DNA of 64,000 bases from NCBI RefSeq assembly GCF_032191835.1, contig NC_083229.1, forward strand, positions 43,958,001-44,022,000, in the 5' to 3' direction. The DNA comes from Heteronotia binoei. Lineage: Eukaryota. Made by a program: the position numbers and the translations under genes. How positions within the stretch are numbered: position 1 is the first letter of the stretch; every line of letters starts with the position of its first letter. Below, piece after piece: positions 1 through 13,222 of the stretch. The notes beneath the pieces were generated by a model, which ran no database searches, was not told the origin of the DNA, and saw nothing but the letters and a program-made list of their open reading frames with translations.

Positions 1-2311
1 GGAATTCCTGGAAATCTCTAGGAAGAAAGCTACAGGAAATGCTTCCTTGAGCTGGCCTGGAGAAACAGATAAGATTAAAATAAAAAAAACCTTGCAACAG
101 GAAGGAGGTCTCTTTTCCTTGGGTGCTGTGCTCCTGAATACACACAGACTTCTCCACTAGCAAGGAAGCCATTGCCCATATGCTTGTCTCAGGAGCTGGA
201 GCAAGCCTCAAGGTATTGCAGCTCTGTAGAGAACTAGAACTCTTAAGCTAAAAGAGCCTGTCCTATATTTTAACATCTGATGGGGCATGTATAGAGAAAA
301 GGACAGAGGATTTGCATTTTACTTATTTCTTTTGGAATCCCTCCCTCGATCTGGTGCTGTGCTAAAAGTATGCTTGTAAATATTTTCTTTTGAATAAATA
401 CTTTGTAACTTTTGGTGCTGGGAGTGGTTCTCTGTACCAAATAAGACCTCCACCATCTCAGAGACACTATTTTAAAAGGGGTGCCAGGGGGAAGGCAGGC
501 AGTTGGCAGGCAAGCCCTCCAAGGCTGCGCAAGGCAATACATTGTCCTCATGGTTAGCAGTTGCTGGGCAGTGGGAGACACAGAGGCAAGGCCTCTGACT
601 GTGGAAGGGAAGCTGGGAGCCCTGACCCTTCCACTAGGCAATTCTGGCAAAAGGTCATGTGGTGGTAGTGAGCTACCTTGAGAGTGAAAGAAAAGCCTCT
701 CCTGGTGTTGAAAAAACTCCAGGAGAGCAGGGCAGAAATGGAGCCTGCAGGTCAGAGCAGGTGTGTTTCACCACACCTTCCTTTTTGTAGCAAGTTTTTC
801 GATAATATAGCCTAGACCAACTTGTTTTCAATAAGTTTTCAGTATTGTACTGGTTTCAGTACAATTTTTCATGCATATGTATGTTGTTGAATGAATCACT
901 CATCCCCTATGAAAGTTAAAATTAATAAGTTCGTTAATTGTCATAACAACAGGCACTTTTTTGGGCCTTGCTTTTTCATACAGAATCACTGATCTTCTGT
1001 TGACATTAAGGTTGCCATCTTCCAGGTGAAGCCTGAAATTCTCCTAGAAATACAACTGTTCTCCAGGCTACAGGGATCAGTTCCCCTGGAGGAAATAACA
1101 GCTTTGGAGAAGTGACTTTAGGCATCATATTCCTGCTAAGCTCCTTCCCTTTCCCAAACTCTGCCCTTCCCAGGCTCTGTCCCCAAAGCTCCAGAAACTT
1201 CCCATGCTGGTGTTCCCATAGGATGCTACCTCCAGGTTGGGGAGATTCCTGAAGATTTGGGGGTGGACCCTGGAGAAGGTGAGTTTTGGGGAGGGGAGGG
1301 ACTGTAGGGCGGTAATCTGCCATACAGTCCACCATTCAAAGCAGCTATTTTCTCCAGGGGAGCTGATTTCTGTAGCCTGAAGATAAGTTAATTCTGGGAG
1401 ATCTCCAGCCGCCTCCTAGAGGCTGGCCACACTAGTTGACCTATATACTGAAAGCAACTCTGTGAGAGACAGAGAGAGGTGGGGTTGGGGAGAGAGAGCT
1501 TGACTGACTTCAGGCAGGTGAAATCAAATACAGGCAACTCAGCAGCTTTAATGCTTGCCTTTGTCCTTTCCTCATTGAAGTTGCCAGCTTCCCCAGCAAG
1601 AAGTTTTGTTGCTGAAGGGATCCAGTTCTGCATGATTCACAGTTTGCAGTCATAAAGCCCAAGCTGACTGCAGGATGTTTTTCTTGGTAGAACAATGGCT
1701 CTAGAGGTGTCTTTGAAAGGGGTGTGCGGTAAATATTGTCATTAATGCTCTTGGATTTCAAACTGGAGGGAATTTCTATTGATGACGTAACAACTGGGAT
1801 GTCTAAAAATGGCCACAGACAAAAATCATCTTCAAATACTATCAAACCAAACTTCCATTGGGCCAAATTGCTAATGCTTGTTCCAAAACATTAGGGAGTT
1901 TTGATTTCTGAGAAAAGTTGAGCTTCATCTCTTGACCTAAAAGCATACCCCAGTGGAAGATTAGAAATCAACAGCTGCTGCTGAGGAAGGAAGATCCCCC
2001 ATTCTAAATTAATTTGAAAAAAGATTAATTTAATGGACAGCCACTTGATATTTTAATTTGGAACTACAAAGAGCTCCAGGCTCAGTTTCTGCTCCATTCC
2101 TGCCAATATTGGTGCTGTGAGGATTTCTGTCTACTGCTAAATGATCCAGATTTAGGGCTGCTGCAACAGCAGAATTACTGCCCAGGCTGGTAGCAAAAGA
2201 TGAAGGGAGGACATACTGAGTCAAAACAAAGGTGTACTGACAGTTTTACATTTGGTCCTGAAACTCCGAGGAGGGGGCAATCCTTTCTGTAGTGTGATGC
2301 AAAGTCTTTCT

Positions 2312-2596
2312 GGAGAGCCAGTTTGGTGTAGTGGTTAAGTGTGCAGACTCTTATCTGGGAGAACCGGGTTTGATTCCCCACTCCTCCACTTGCACCTGCT
2401 GGAATGGCCTTGGGTCAGCCATAGCTCTGGCAGTGGCTGTCCTTGAAAGGGCAGTTGCTGTGAGAGCCCTCTCCAGCCCCACCCACCTCACAGGGTGTCT
2501 GTTGTGGGGGAGGAAGGTAAAGGAGATTGTGAGCCGCTCTGAGACTCTTCGGAGTGGAGGGCGGGATATAAATCCAATATCTTCATCTTCTTCTTT
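2312..2596 (+). mobile_element. Squam3-type (MIR/Ther1-derived) SINE
   Basis: GAGAGCCAGTTTGGTGTAGTGGTTAAG head with A and B boxes, core, (TTC)n tail. Confidence 0.85.
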
Positions 2597-3119
2597 CTGT
2601 AGAAGCTTTGGAGAAATGACATCTCCCAAAGGTATTTTCATAAAATGTATAGCTTTGGATAGTAAATGGTCAAATTAAACTCTGTGGATTCTCAAGGGTT
2701 AACCTAAAACAGGCAGGCAAAACACTGCCAGATCAAGTTATGGATGTGGAGGATGGCCATTCATGCATTACAAAATGGTAGCCAAAGGAACAAAATAGTT
2801 GCTTCCTGCAGTCTCAGGAACCGTGAGCAACGAACTGATAAAAACCTATAGAGAGGCTAGTAATCAGGCAAGATGTGAGTGGTTTCAGAGTGTTTAAAGA
2901 GGAAACTCTGTTCTTTGTTGGGTAACTGGGAAGCTGAAAGTGACAGGGTAATGATTTTGGAACAGGAATATTTTAAGAAAAAGGGAAACTTGAGTTCAAA
3001 TTGCCAGAATGAGCAGGGAAAGGGAGGCCAAGAGACAGCCTGGCTGGAAATTGTGGCTTCATAAGAAGGCTTAGAATGAAATATTTTGTCTACCTCTTAG
3101 CTCAAAACTACATAGTGGC

Positions 3120-3225
3120 AGGGCTTTTTTGTAGGAAAAGCCCAGCAGGAACTCCTTTGGCTATTAGGTCACACTTCCTAACACCAAGCCAGCTGGAACT
3201 ACATTCTTGCTCCAAAAAAGCCCTC
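3120..3225. mobile_element. Short hAT MITE (CAGGGCTTTTTT...AAAAAGCCCT)
   Basis: TIR-bounded; a related copy lies at ~3663-3777. Confidence 0.75.
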
Positions 3226-4514
3226 TATAGTGGTATATTTCAACCCAAATCAAAGAAGATTGTGATTCTTGCTCAGTGTATTTATTCTTTGCTGAGGTAC
3301 TTGTTAGTTTTTGTTCAACTATATGATTTCCGTTTTGGAACTAGGGACTGAAAAGACTAGTAAAGCTAAACTTTTTTTTTTATGAAACTGATATTATCAG
3401 GTGGACTGGCATGGTCTTGCTAATTGCAACATGCAATAAAGTATAGCAAAAACTTGTATATTTTTAATAGCCACCACTCATGCCTGATGAAAGCCATAGA
3501 TCATATCTGCTAATAAAACATCAACCTATGATGTGAAGTATGCTGGGTGACCTTGGGACAGTCATATTATCTCAGTCTGCCCCCTCCCCCGGGGCTGTTG
3601 TGAGAATGACTTAGGTAAGAAAGGTGTACACTATTCAGAGCTCCTTGGAGTATGAGTGGGATCAGGATTTTTTTGTAGAAAAAGTCCAGCAGGAACTCAT
3701 TTGCATATTAGGCCACACCCCTGTGGTCAAGCCAGCTGGAACTGCATTCCTGTGCTTTCTTGCTCAAAAAAACCCTTGAGTGGGATAAACATTTATTAGA
3801 CAGAATTCTAGGTAATGCTGCTGCTTAAATAGTATGTACTGATTTTTAAAGCAATCACCAATCAGAGATGGGAAAAGACCACTTAAACCCACTTGGTTCT
3901 TGTTCCAAGTGGGGAAAGACTGAAAGAAGCAGCCAATTTTGTGTTAGATGCTCTGTGTGACTCCTATAAACATGTCAGACTAACTCGTCAGTAGCCACAA
4001 TGAAGACTTTGCTGCACTAATATTTTTAATTTTATAACCTCTAGACTTGAGCTGGACTTGACTTCATCCCATTTATATGGTTCAGATCAGAAATCAATAG
4101 TGTAAGCCATCTATTGCTTCAATGACAGCCTAAAATCAAGTTTTCTAGCCACAATATTAGTGGCTGGGAGTGGAGAATTTAAAGCTATCTGAGGACATGC
4201 TAATCTGGAGATTTCTCAAGAGAGTTCCAGCCTCAAGAGATGTACCATGATGAGCAGCTGTTATCAGACACAAAGTAAGCTACAGCTGCTGCCATGAAAT
4301 TCTATTGTGCCGACAAATGACTGTGTGTCTTATTGCAGTGTCATGAGATAATGCAAACAATAACATTCTGATGACAAGGCACACTCTGTACATCACATAT
4401 AGTTTTTCTGGCCCATGGCCTGACAAAATCAGTACAATGTGGTGATTAGACAGATTCATCATGGAGGATAAGTCCTTTGATGGCCACTAACCACTAAAAG
4501 GAACCTTCATGTCT

Positions 4515-4775
4515 AATTTTTTAAATTTTTTTTGTTTTGTGTGTGTGTGTGTGTGTCTGTCTATGTCTGTATGCGTGCGTGCGTGCCTAGAAGTCCTAGT
4601 TGAATTCTGGTGCCCCCTATTGGGAGTTCAGAGTGGTAGCTTGATATTGCCTGCCTTTGTGTCCTGGCAATGGTGTTCCTTGGAGGTCTCCCGTTCAAGT
4701 ACTTGCCAGGGTTGGCCCAGCTCAGCTTCTGAGATCTGATGAGATCAGGCTTGCCTGGGCTCTCCAGGGCAAGAC
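4515..4775 (-). mobile_element. 5S rRNA-derived SINE (SINE3-type)
   Basis: Minus strand CCTGATCTCATCAGATCTCAGAAGCTGAGCTGGGCCAACCCTGGCAAGTACTTGAACGGGAGACC resembles the 5S rRNA body. Unrelated 3' part with a (CA)-type tail. 16-bp TSD AGGAACCTTCATGTCT at 4499-4514 and 4776-4791. Confidence 0.8.
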
Positions 4776-7700
4776 AGGAACCTTCATGTCTTGAGGCAGC
4801 AAATTTCTGATTACCAGTGCCAGGAGGCAACACTAGAGGGAGGCCTTGGCCTCTGTGCCCTACTTGGTAATTGTTGGCTACCAAGAGAAACAGGATGCTG
4901 GATTTGATAGAGCACGGACCTAACCTGAGCAGGGTTCTTCTTATGGTGGACAGAGGCCTGAATTCAAACCCCTTCTCAGCCATCAATCATGCTGTGTGAC
5001 TATGTGCAAGGCATTCTCTATTAGACTTATCTACTTCCCTGAGAAGTTAAAAGATTTTTAAAAAACAGGATAGACTCTGTGCATACTTACAAATTTATTG
5101 TAGGAGTGCTAGACTACAAATTCAACAAATGAAATGTTATGACCAGACGAGAATGGGCGTAGATCTGTTCACCTGGGGTTTCCTGGGACATTGTTCTTTG
5201 TGTTCTTTCAGGGGTGACCACCGAACTAGAAGAGGTGGATGTCCTTGAATCTGCCCTGGGGATGTGCTCCAGTTTTAAAGAATGAGTTCCCACTCAGGAA
5301 CTCCTTTAAAGTGCATCATGGCGGGGAGGGGGGGCTGATTCTGGTCAGGAAAACCATGGTTCAGGGGGAAGAGGGAACCCAGAACTCACTCTAAAATGGT
5401 GGTGCAGCCACTTGGGGATGCCCATGTCATCTAGTTTGGCCCTGACTTTGTGGGCATAAGGGTCAGGACATAAGTATTAACCTCAGGTTACCCTACTGTC
5501 TTGTCACCAATATGATGCCTTCTGAACTTTATGGACATCATTAATTGAACTTGTGGTACCATCTGATGGATATGGCCAAGATGGCAAGATGGCCAGTGCC
5601 AGAGCACTGCTTGATTAACCCATCTAGCTAATTGGAAGTAGCTGCAAGGTCTCAAGCAGAGGTCTTTTCCAGGCCCAGTTCTCAAGATGTTTTGAAAACA
5701 AGGTGATGCTAGGCGTTTGAAGCAGCAGCCTTGGGAATGCTGTGCATGTGGTCTTCCATTACACTATAACAACTTTTTGACATATGAAATTGTTTGGCAT
5801 AAAATCCAGACCACTGGTCCATCTAACCCAGCATGTCTAATCAGACAGCAATTCTCTGTTATCTTCTTTAGCATCTGAATCTGAAAACCTTTAATTGAAG
5901 ATTCAACTGTGTTTGTGGGTCATGGATGGCAGGCTACATACAGAAGAGATGAAGAGTGGCTGAGATCCCTATTCCTATACCCTTCCCAATGGTTCATATT
6001 CTGTAACAGGTGTCAGGGAGAATTGGAGAGGCCCTGTTTACACGCCAGAAGCCATTTCTTGCCTTTTGTGTCTCTTGGTCACACTAGATTTGCCATTTCA
6101 TTCTGCTTACATCAGAGTTTTTGTTTGTTTGTAACATATTTATTGTATCTTTGTATAGTGTTCTGACTGCTTTTCATTGATGGAACAGATTCAGATATCT
6201 GAGCACAATACAGATGTCAAAAACTGACTGAGAATAATAATATAAAAAATCTAAACCATGGTCAGCTCACATCTTAAACTAAGTGTAAAATTGCCGCTTT
6301 GCTTGAGTAACTCACCAATCTTTTCGTACATAGAAAACCCTTCAAGGTGAATGTCAGCCTCTACTTTCATCTGAAAAAGGTGCTCATGTGAAAGTCCTCC
6401 CCAGGCCTCTGTTAACATTATAAGCTACTAGAAAATAAATGGCTGTCAAGATACAGAAACATGAGATTTTACCACATATTTTCATGAGCTCATTTTTATC
6501 GTAAGCATCACAAGGAGTGGTTAGTAAAAATAAGACCTATACTTTGCAGTACTGAAATTATGCAGCATTTCAGAAAAGGCAAGTCATGCCAAAAGACTGG
6601 AAAATCTGAAGCTGCTATCCTGTGTGTGTTTATTTAGTGTCTGTTTGTAAAGGGATTTGACAAGATAATCTGTTTTCCCTTACTCATGTCAAATGACTCA
6701 CCTTTTGCGGAGTAACAGGACTTTTAATGCCATTTTGCAAAGCGGGTGTCAACTTTATCTCTATATGTCACAAAGGACAAGAAGCAAAATATGGGAATGC
6801 ATGACACATTAGTCCTCCACGTTGTTATTATCTGTAGTGTAAAGGTTTGATATTTTCCATTTTAGTCTAATGGGGTCCAAAGGTTTTGAATGTGAGACTG
6901 AGTGACTGCTAAGGGGGGGTGGTGGTGGTAAGGCAACCTTTTCATTGTTCTGTCTAGCTGGAAAGTTAATAAACTGTTAGAGAATCATTCAGGAAGAATT
7001 CCTGATAATCTCTATTTCTGTGAATGAAAAGGAGAGGTGGATTCTAAAGACAACAGCAAGCCCCAGATTTTTTTCCATCAGATTAAACTCTATTTATATC
7101 AAGGAGATCAAAGCTCCTGGAGGGGTACAAAATCCTGGTGATGTAATCCTTGGCAAGTGCTCCTTAAGTATACTAGGGTTGCCAGCCTCCAGGTCGTGGC
7201 TGGAGATCTCCTAGGATTACAGTCGATTTATAGGGGACAGAGATCAGCTCACCTGGAGAAAATGGCTGCTTTGAAAGGTGGACTCCATGGCATGATACCC
7301 CATTGCAGTCTCTCCCCTTCCCAAACCCTGCCCTCCCCAGGCTCTCCTCCCAAGTCTTCAGGTATTTCCCAACCTGGAACTGGCAACCCCAAGGGTGTCA
7401 CCAATATGGCTCCTCTGATGAATTATTTTGTATTATATTGTTGGCAATTATGAATTTGTTGGTGTTCCTTTATTGTATGGTATAGTTATTTTAGCATGAT
7501 CCCTTAAGGTGAAAGCCTTTGCTTTAGTTTCATTTTACAGTTGTGGTTTCTGCCTGTGGCTGGTTATAGCTTAGCAGAGCCCAAATCAGGTCTTGTTTAT
7601 GTTCTAATAACATTCTGTTCTGTTTTAGTACCAGTGCTGCTGAGTTACTATATCTTGTGTGTATCCTTCTGATTGAGGATGAGGTCCACAGGAATCTTGG

Positions 7701-8502
7701 TCTAGGGATACATTTTGGCAGCCCCCTGTGAGACAACAGCTGTCTTGTGGGTTTTCAGGGTTTTTTAAGCTCAACTTCTTGATCTCAGAAACAATTCATG
7801 TGACTACTTTTGAGCTGGCAGAATCACCATTACTTTGTTATTCACTATTCATGTATAAAGGGATTCTATAAGATCACAGATCAACACATTATAAAGAATT
7901 TGTGTTTTGTAGATGAGAAAATATGTGTTTTTACACTGTGGAGGCTCTTTCACAAGACCAGTTTACCATGTGAAAATTTAAAGGGTAAGAAATATCAAGC
8001 AGAACAGACCTGTACTGATAAGGAATTGAAAACCATACCTTCCCTAGGACAAATTGCTAGCCCTGTGAAGATGACTAAACTGAGGGGATAAGAAATGCAC
8101 AGAGAGCAGAGCAGAATCACACCTCCTTACCCACCCCCAGTTCTCTGTGCAGAGCCTTTCCCTGTACAGCTTGCATATGAGTGATGTCGGTGCAGAATAG
8201 CCGGTTTGGAAGGTGGAGATGAAGCCAACAACTTTGATCCTGCTCACCTCCATAAATTGAGTTAGATTATGTCCATATTTTAGTTGTCTGCAAAGGACTC
8301 CTACCTAGTGACAAACTATTCATGGGCTATAAATCCCATTAAAAGGAGTTTACTTGTATTCTTGCATTCTTCTACTTGTAGGATATATGTTCCAAATTTT
8401 AAAATTTGGTAAATATCAACTTTTTAAAAAAGCTTAAAACTGGAACATAGTATCTATCAGAGCGAACTTAAGCAAATAGGGCTGCCAACCTCACTAAGCA
8501 AG

Positions 8503-8718
8503 TAGGGTTGCCAACCTCCAGGTAGTGACTGGAGATCTGCTATGACAACTGATCTCCAGGTGGGAGAGATCAGTTCACCTGGAGGAAATGGCTGCTTTGG
8601 AAGGTGGACTCTATGGCATTATATCCCATTGAAGTCCCTCCCATCCCCAAATCCCACCCTCTCCAGGTTCCACTTCACAAAATCTCCAGGTATTTCCCAG
8701 CCCAGAGCTGGCAGCCCA
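8503..8718 (+). mobile_element. Abundant ~215-bp hAT MITE (TAGGGTTGCCA TIR)
   Basis: TIRs and TSD TAAGCAAG / TAAGCAGG. Other copies at ~1006-1432 (two), 7174-7391, 17227-17442, 22422-22640, 41247-41460, 50530-50740 and 56893-57005. Confidence 0.85.
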
Positions 8719-8997
8719 TAAGCAGGTCTACTCAGAATCCTACTCAGGTCTATTAAATGGAGCTTACTCCCAGGAAAAAGGATTGTACTGTCTGGATGCA
8801 TACCCCTTCGCCTTTTCTGTATAGTAGGCTACAACTTAATTCTTTCGTAGACCTTCTTTGCCAAGCAGTAATTTTTCTCCATGATAATTTGGCCAGGGAT
8901 CCTAGAGGCTTTTTGCCATCTTATGGGCATGGAGCAGGGGTCACTGGGTATGTTGGGAGAGGTATTTGTGAATCTCCTTCATAGTTCAGGGGCTGGT

Positions 8998-9281
8998 GAG
9001 AGCCAGTTTGGTGTAGTAGTTAAGTGCGTGGACTCTTATCTAGGAGAACCAGGTTTGATTCCCCACTCCTCCACTTGCACCTCTGGGGTGGCCTTGGGTC
9101 AGCCATAGCTCTGGCAGAGGTTGTCCTTGAAAGGACAGCTGCATGAGAGCCCTCTCAGCCCCACCCACCTCACAGGGTATCTGTTGTGGGTAGAGAAGAT
9201 ATAGGAGATTGTAAGCCGCTCTGAGACTCTGATTGAGAGAGAAGGGCGGGGTATAAATCTGCAATTCTTCTTCTTCTTCTT
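8998..9281 (+). mobile_element. Squam3-type SINE
   Basis: Same family as 2312-2596, (TTC)n tail. Confidence 0.85.
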
Positions 9282-10060
9282 GGATTAGATGACTCTGGAG
9301 GTCCCTTCTATGATTCTATTTGAATAGTTCCAAAAGAATAAGGTGCTTTCCTTACATAGTGGAATTGGCTCCAGATAGGTCTTTGGTATTTGTGTGGGTC
9401 TTCTGGGAAGGCTTTTACAACATGCAAAATTAGGGAACAGCATAAAACTTGGTGAATGAGTGATTGTTAGCATGATCCTATGAGTAAATTTTCTTTGAGA
9501 AAATTAAAGACAACTAGCAAGAAGGGCAGAGAGATGGCACTGTTGTGCCTGGCTCCTGGGTAATAAATGCCCTATAGTTTGCCATTTAAGAGATCAGGCC
9601 ATGTGTTAGCACTGGAAGAATCAAGAGTACCCCTTACATTAATGAATTATGCAAATTCCCAAAGGAAAGATCTATCAATAGCTATTAACCATCATAACTA
9701 AACAGGAAACCACCATCTACTAAGGCAATATACATCTGACTTCCAGATGCTAGAAATAAACTGCGTGGGAAAGTCAGCCTTCTTCATGCCCCACATGGCT
9801 TTAATCCCATTCATCTTCTAAAGAGGTCAAAGCAATATATATAGTTCTCCCTCTGCATATTTTAACCTCAACCTTATGAATTTGACTATAATGAAAAGTT
9901 GTGATTGGCCCAAGATCAGCCTGTGAACTTTATGGAAGAGTGGAGGATCGAACCCAGGTCCCTGCTGGCCACTCTAATGACTACATTACACTGGCTCAGG
10001 AGCTTCAAGGTGCTTTTGTCTGGTGGGGAGGAGGAGAGGGTAGGAGCTGGAGCTGAGGAT

Positions 10061-10257
10061 GGGGACATAGCTCAGTGGTAGAGAATCTAACTTGTACACA
10101 AGAGATCCCATGTCCAGTCCTGGTTTTCTCCAGTTCAAAGGATCAAGTAATGAGTAAAGAGAAAGAACTTTGCCTGAGACCCTGGAGAGCTGCTGCCAGT
10201 AAGAACAGTGAATAGTGGTGACCTTGATTGACCAATGGTCAGACTCAGCTTCATGTG
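10061..10257 (+). mobile_element. Squam2-type tRNA-derived SINE
   Basis: GCTCAGTGGTAGAG head; CTGAGACCCTGGAGAGCTGCTGCCAGT core; CAGCTTCATGTG end. Confidence 0.75.
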
Positions 10258-12378
10258 TGAAATTTTGGTCTGCTCAAGCAGCAAGTTTTGCTTCTGAGCT
10301 GTGCTTGTGAATTCATTTTTAGTCAGTCTGAACTGACTTCACGAAGTGTGAAAGGTACTATGATGATTCTTGAGAATGGCAGCACTCATTGGTGCTTCCC
10401 TCTTTTAGAAGAAGGATATTAAAACTTCTATTTATCCTATTTTAAACCAGCTAAAATCAGATCACAACTGGCCTAATGCTGGCCATGCATATCCCAGCAA
10501 ACATGTGGTGAGAGGGTGATTGCATAGTCATATGAATGCCATGCTATGAAGCAGACATCACCATCCAGTCCTCACCTTGCTTGCAAGATGAGCCCACTGG
10601 CTGATCCAGAGCCAGTTTGGGGGCGTGTGAAAGTACACAAAGAGGCTCCTCTTACATTTATAGGAAGGCATGCCAGAATTCTTTTTTCCTATCAGAGTAA
10701 AAAAAGAGAGAGAGAGAGGGTTGATAAAGAGGAAAGGAATCTATAATTTACTTTTAAGGGAAACCAGATAGCAGTGGACATTGGCCAGTGAGGCTACGAT
10801 GTCATACCGAAAGCAATGCCTTTAGTTCTCCTTTCTGCATTACCTTATACCCGAGATGTCTTTAACGTAACCTTTCAGTGTTACCCTATCCATTTGATAC
10901 CTTGAGCTTAACTGTAAATACTGCATCTGGTGGCTTTACTGGAAAGAGAGAGCAGGGTGGGAAATAAAATGCAACCACATCAGTTTCCTAAACATGACAC
11001 CTTGAAAACTTGCAGTGGGCAACTTTCCGAGTAGAAGGTGAGATGGAAGTCAGCTTTAGCGGGGAAGATTAAAAGAATCTGGGCTTATCTTTTATTAACA
11101 GATGTTGGACTTCCCCAAAAAAATCTTGCGGCAAGAATCCACCATCAATAACAAAGCATTCCTCTTCTCTGGCACATCGGGCTGATTTATTTCCAGAACA
11201 TAACTGCTTCACCAAGAGTAAATGGATCTGTATGGCAAAGGTGATGATATCTTACAGGCAAACTCTAAACAAACTGCTGCGCTTTCCACTTCAGCATTTT
11301 GCTTTCCATTAGCACAATCTTCACTAGGGAGCGTATTAATAAAAGTCAGAGACAGCAATTTCCGATTGACAAGGCAACAAAAGCATTTCTGCTGTCAGGC
11401 TACAAATGCTGGGTGTGATTTTGCCCCTGTTCAAAAGTGACAAGGTGCAGCAGCAGCACATATATCCAAGCACGCTGCAAGACAGGTAGGGACAGTCGTA
11501 TGGAGAGGCATCCTAATCTGATCCCTGGGTGCAGCTCACAATCCTCACGGCCTCTTTATTTAGATATTTATACTCTGCTTTTCTTCCCAATGGGGACCTC
11601 AAGCAGCTTACAACATCATTCTTCCCTCCTCCATTTTATCCTTACACCAACAACCCTTTGAGGTGGGTTAGGCTATGAGATGAGTGATTGGCTCGAAGTT
11701 ACCCAATGAACTTCCATGGTGGAGTAGGGATTCAAGCCTGGCTACTCACACTGGCTCTCATAGTGCTATTTCACCATGCCTGTTCTGGCACAGCAAGATT
11801 CCCAGGATTCCAATCTATCATGCACTGGCTACACCTGCTTAAGACAGGGGTGGGATCCTCACAACTGTAGGCCCACTAGTAGAGTTGCCAGTCAACCAGA
11901 AAAAAAAACCCCTCTGAGCAGCACTTTCCATGGTAGGCAGGAGAAGAAAGATGATGGACAGTATTCCCACTGATTGTCCCTTCACCTGCAAATATTTACC
12001 CTAATGCATACCCTAGTCCTAGTGCATGCTGAGCTAGGCCTGGTGCTGGGAAGCTGCTATTGCACATAATTACCAAATTTTAAATGACTGCCATATTCTG
12101 TCTCTTGGTCTCTGCCAAGGTCAGGGACTGGAAGGCAGGTGGAACAGGCAGCTTAGGCAGGAGCCATGTCTACTGCAACACTCAAGGGTGGGGTGAAGGG
12201 ATGAAGAAGGAACAAATAAATTGAAGTGATGGCAATTGACCAGGCAAGTTCCAGTTGTCCCTGATCCTCTTACTTCCCTGCTTGTCTGCCCACACAAGGA
12301 GGGTCTATCACTGCTGGCCAGCCCAGTCTGCTCCTCCTTGCCTACATGTATGCTCTCTTGCTGCCCCAGGAAAAAGAG

Positions 12379-12840
12379 AACATAAGAACATAAGCAAAGC
12401 CATGTTGGATCAACACTCTGTGTCACACAGTGGCAAAAAAAACCCCACGTGCCATCAGGAGGTCCATCAGTGAGGCCAGGACACCAGAAGCCCTCACCTG
12501 TTGCCCCTCCCAAGCACCAAGAATACAGAGCATCACTGCCCTAGAGAGTTCCAACAATACACTGTGGTTAATAGCTACTGATGAACCTCTGCTCCATATG
12601 TTTATCCAATCTCCTCTTGAAGCTGCCTATGCTTGCAGCCATCACCAGTGAATTCCATGTGTTAATCACCCTTTGGGTGAAGAAGTACTTCCTTTTATCC
12701 GTTCTAACCCGACTGCTCAGCAATTTCATTTTGTGCTCACGAGTTCTTGTATTGTGAGAAAGGGAGAAAAGTACTTCTTTCTCTGCCTTCTCTATCCCAT
12801 GCATAATCTTGTAAACCTCTATCATGTCACCCCCTCAGTC
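12379..12840 (-). mobile_element. CR1 LINE 3' fragment
   Basis: ORF2 end MIEVYKIMHGIEK...RTDKRKYFFTQRVINTWNSL...LDKHME, 3'UTR, (TTATGTTC)n-type tail. Confidence 0.92.
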
Positions 12841-13060
12841 AACTAAAGTGAAGAGGGCAAGGGGAGGACGCCAACTCAAAAGTCTTGCACAGCTAGCAAG
12901 TAACAGAGGATTGGGAACAGAAGTGCCCCTTCTTAATTCACTGACTAGCCTTTGCCAAACTGCAGCAATTCACATTAATTGAAAATGTCTAACAAACTTA
13001 TGGGACCATGACATATTTATTACAACATGAGCTTTTATAAGCAAGAGCCTACATTTGGGT

Positions 13061-13222
13061 GTAGTTTCAAAGGGTAGCCATGTTGGTCTACAGAAGAACA
13101 ACTAGGTTTGAATCTAGTAGCACCATAGATACCAATAAGATTCTGGGGGTATGAACTTTCAAATGTCAAAGCTCCAACAAAGGAAACTCCAACTCTTGGA
13201 AGGTTATACCCTCAGATGCTGC
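13061..13222 (+). mobile_element. Penelope-like terminal repeat fragment
   Basis: GGGTAGCCATGTTGGTCT...AGTAGCACC..AGA..AATAAGATT motif. Related pieces at ~46225-46427 and ~53690-53780. Confidence 0.65.

Noticed and set aside
270-681. 126-aa and 66-aa overlapping ORFs
   Set aside because: No family resemblance or splice context. Most other 60-130-aa ORFs in the track are likewise chance or repeat-derived.
4660-4775. 5S rRNA gene
   Set aside because: Diverged and incomplete, fused to a non-5S tail and flanked by a TSD, so it is a SINE rather than an rRNA gene.
10061-10130. tRNA genes at SINE heads (also 2312, 8998, 30311, 51702)
   Set aside because: They have A/B boxes but no full cloverleaf, and continue into SINE cores.
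11098-11260. Host coding exon after an acceptor-like site (also ~5211, ~42405, ~56630)
   Set aside because: No recognisable protein, early stops or no good donor; cannot be supported without transcript data.
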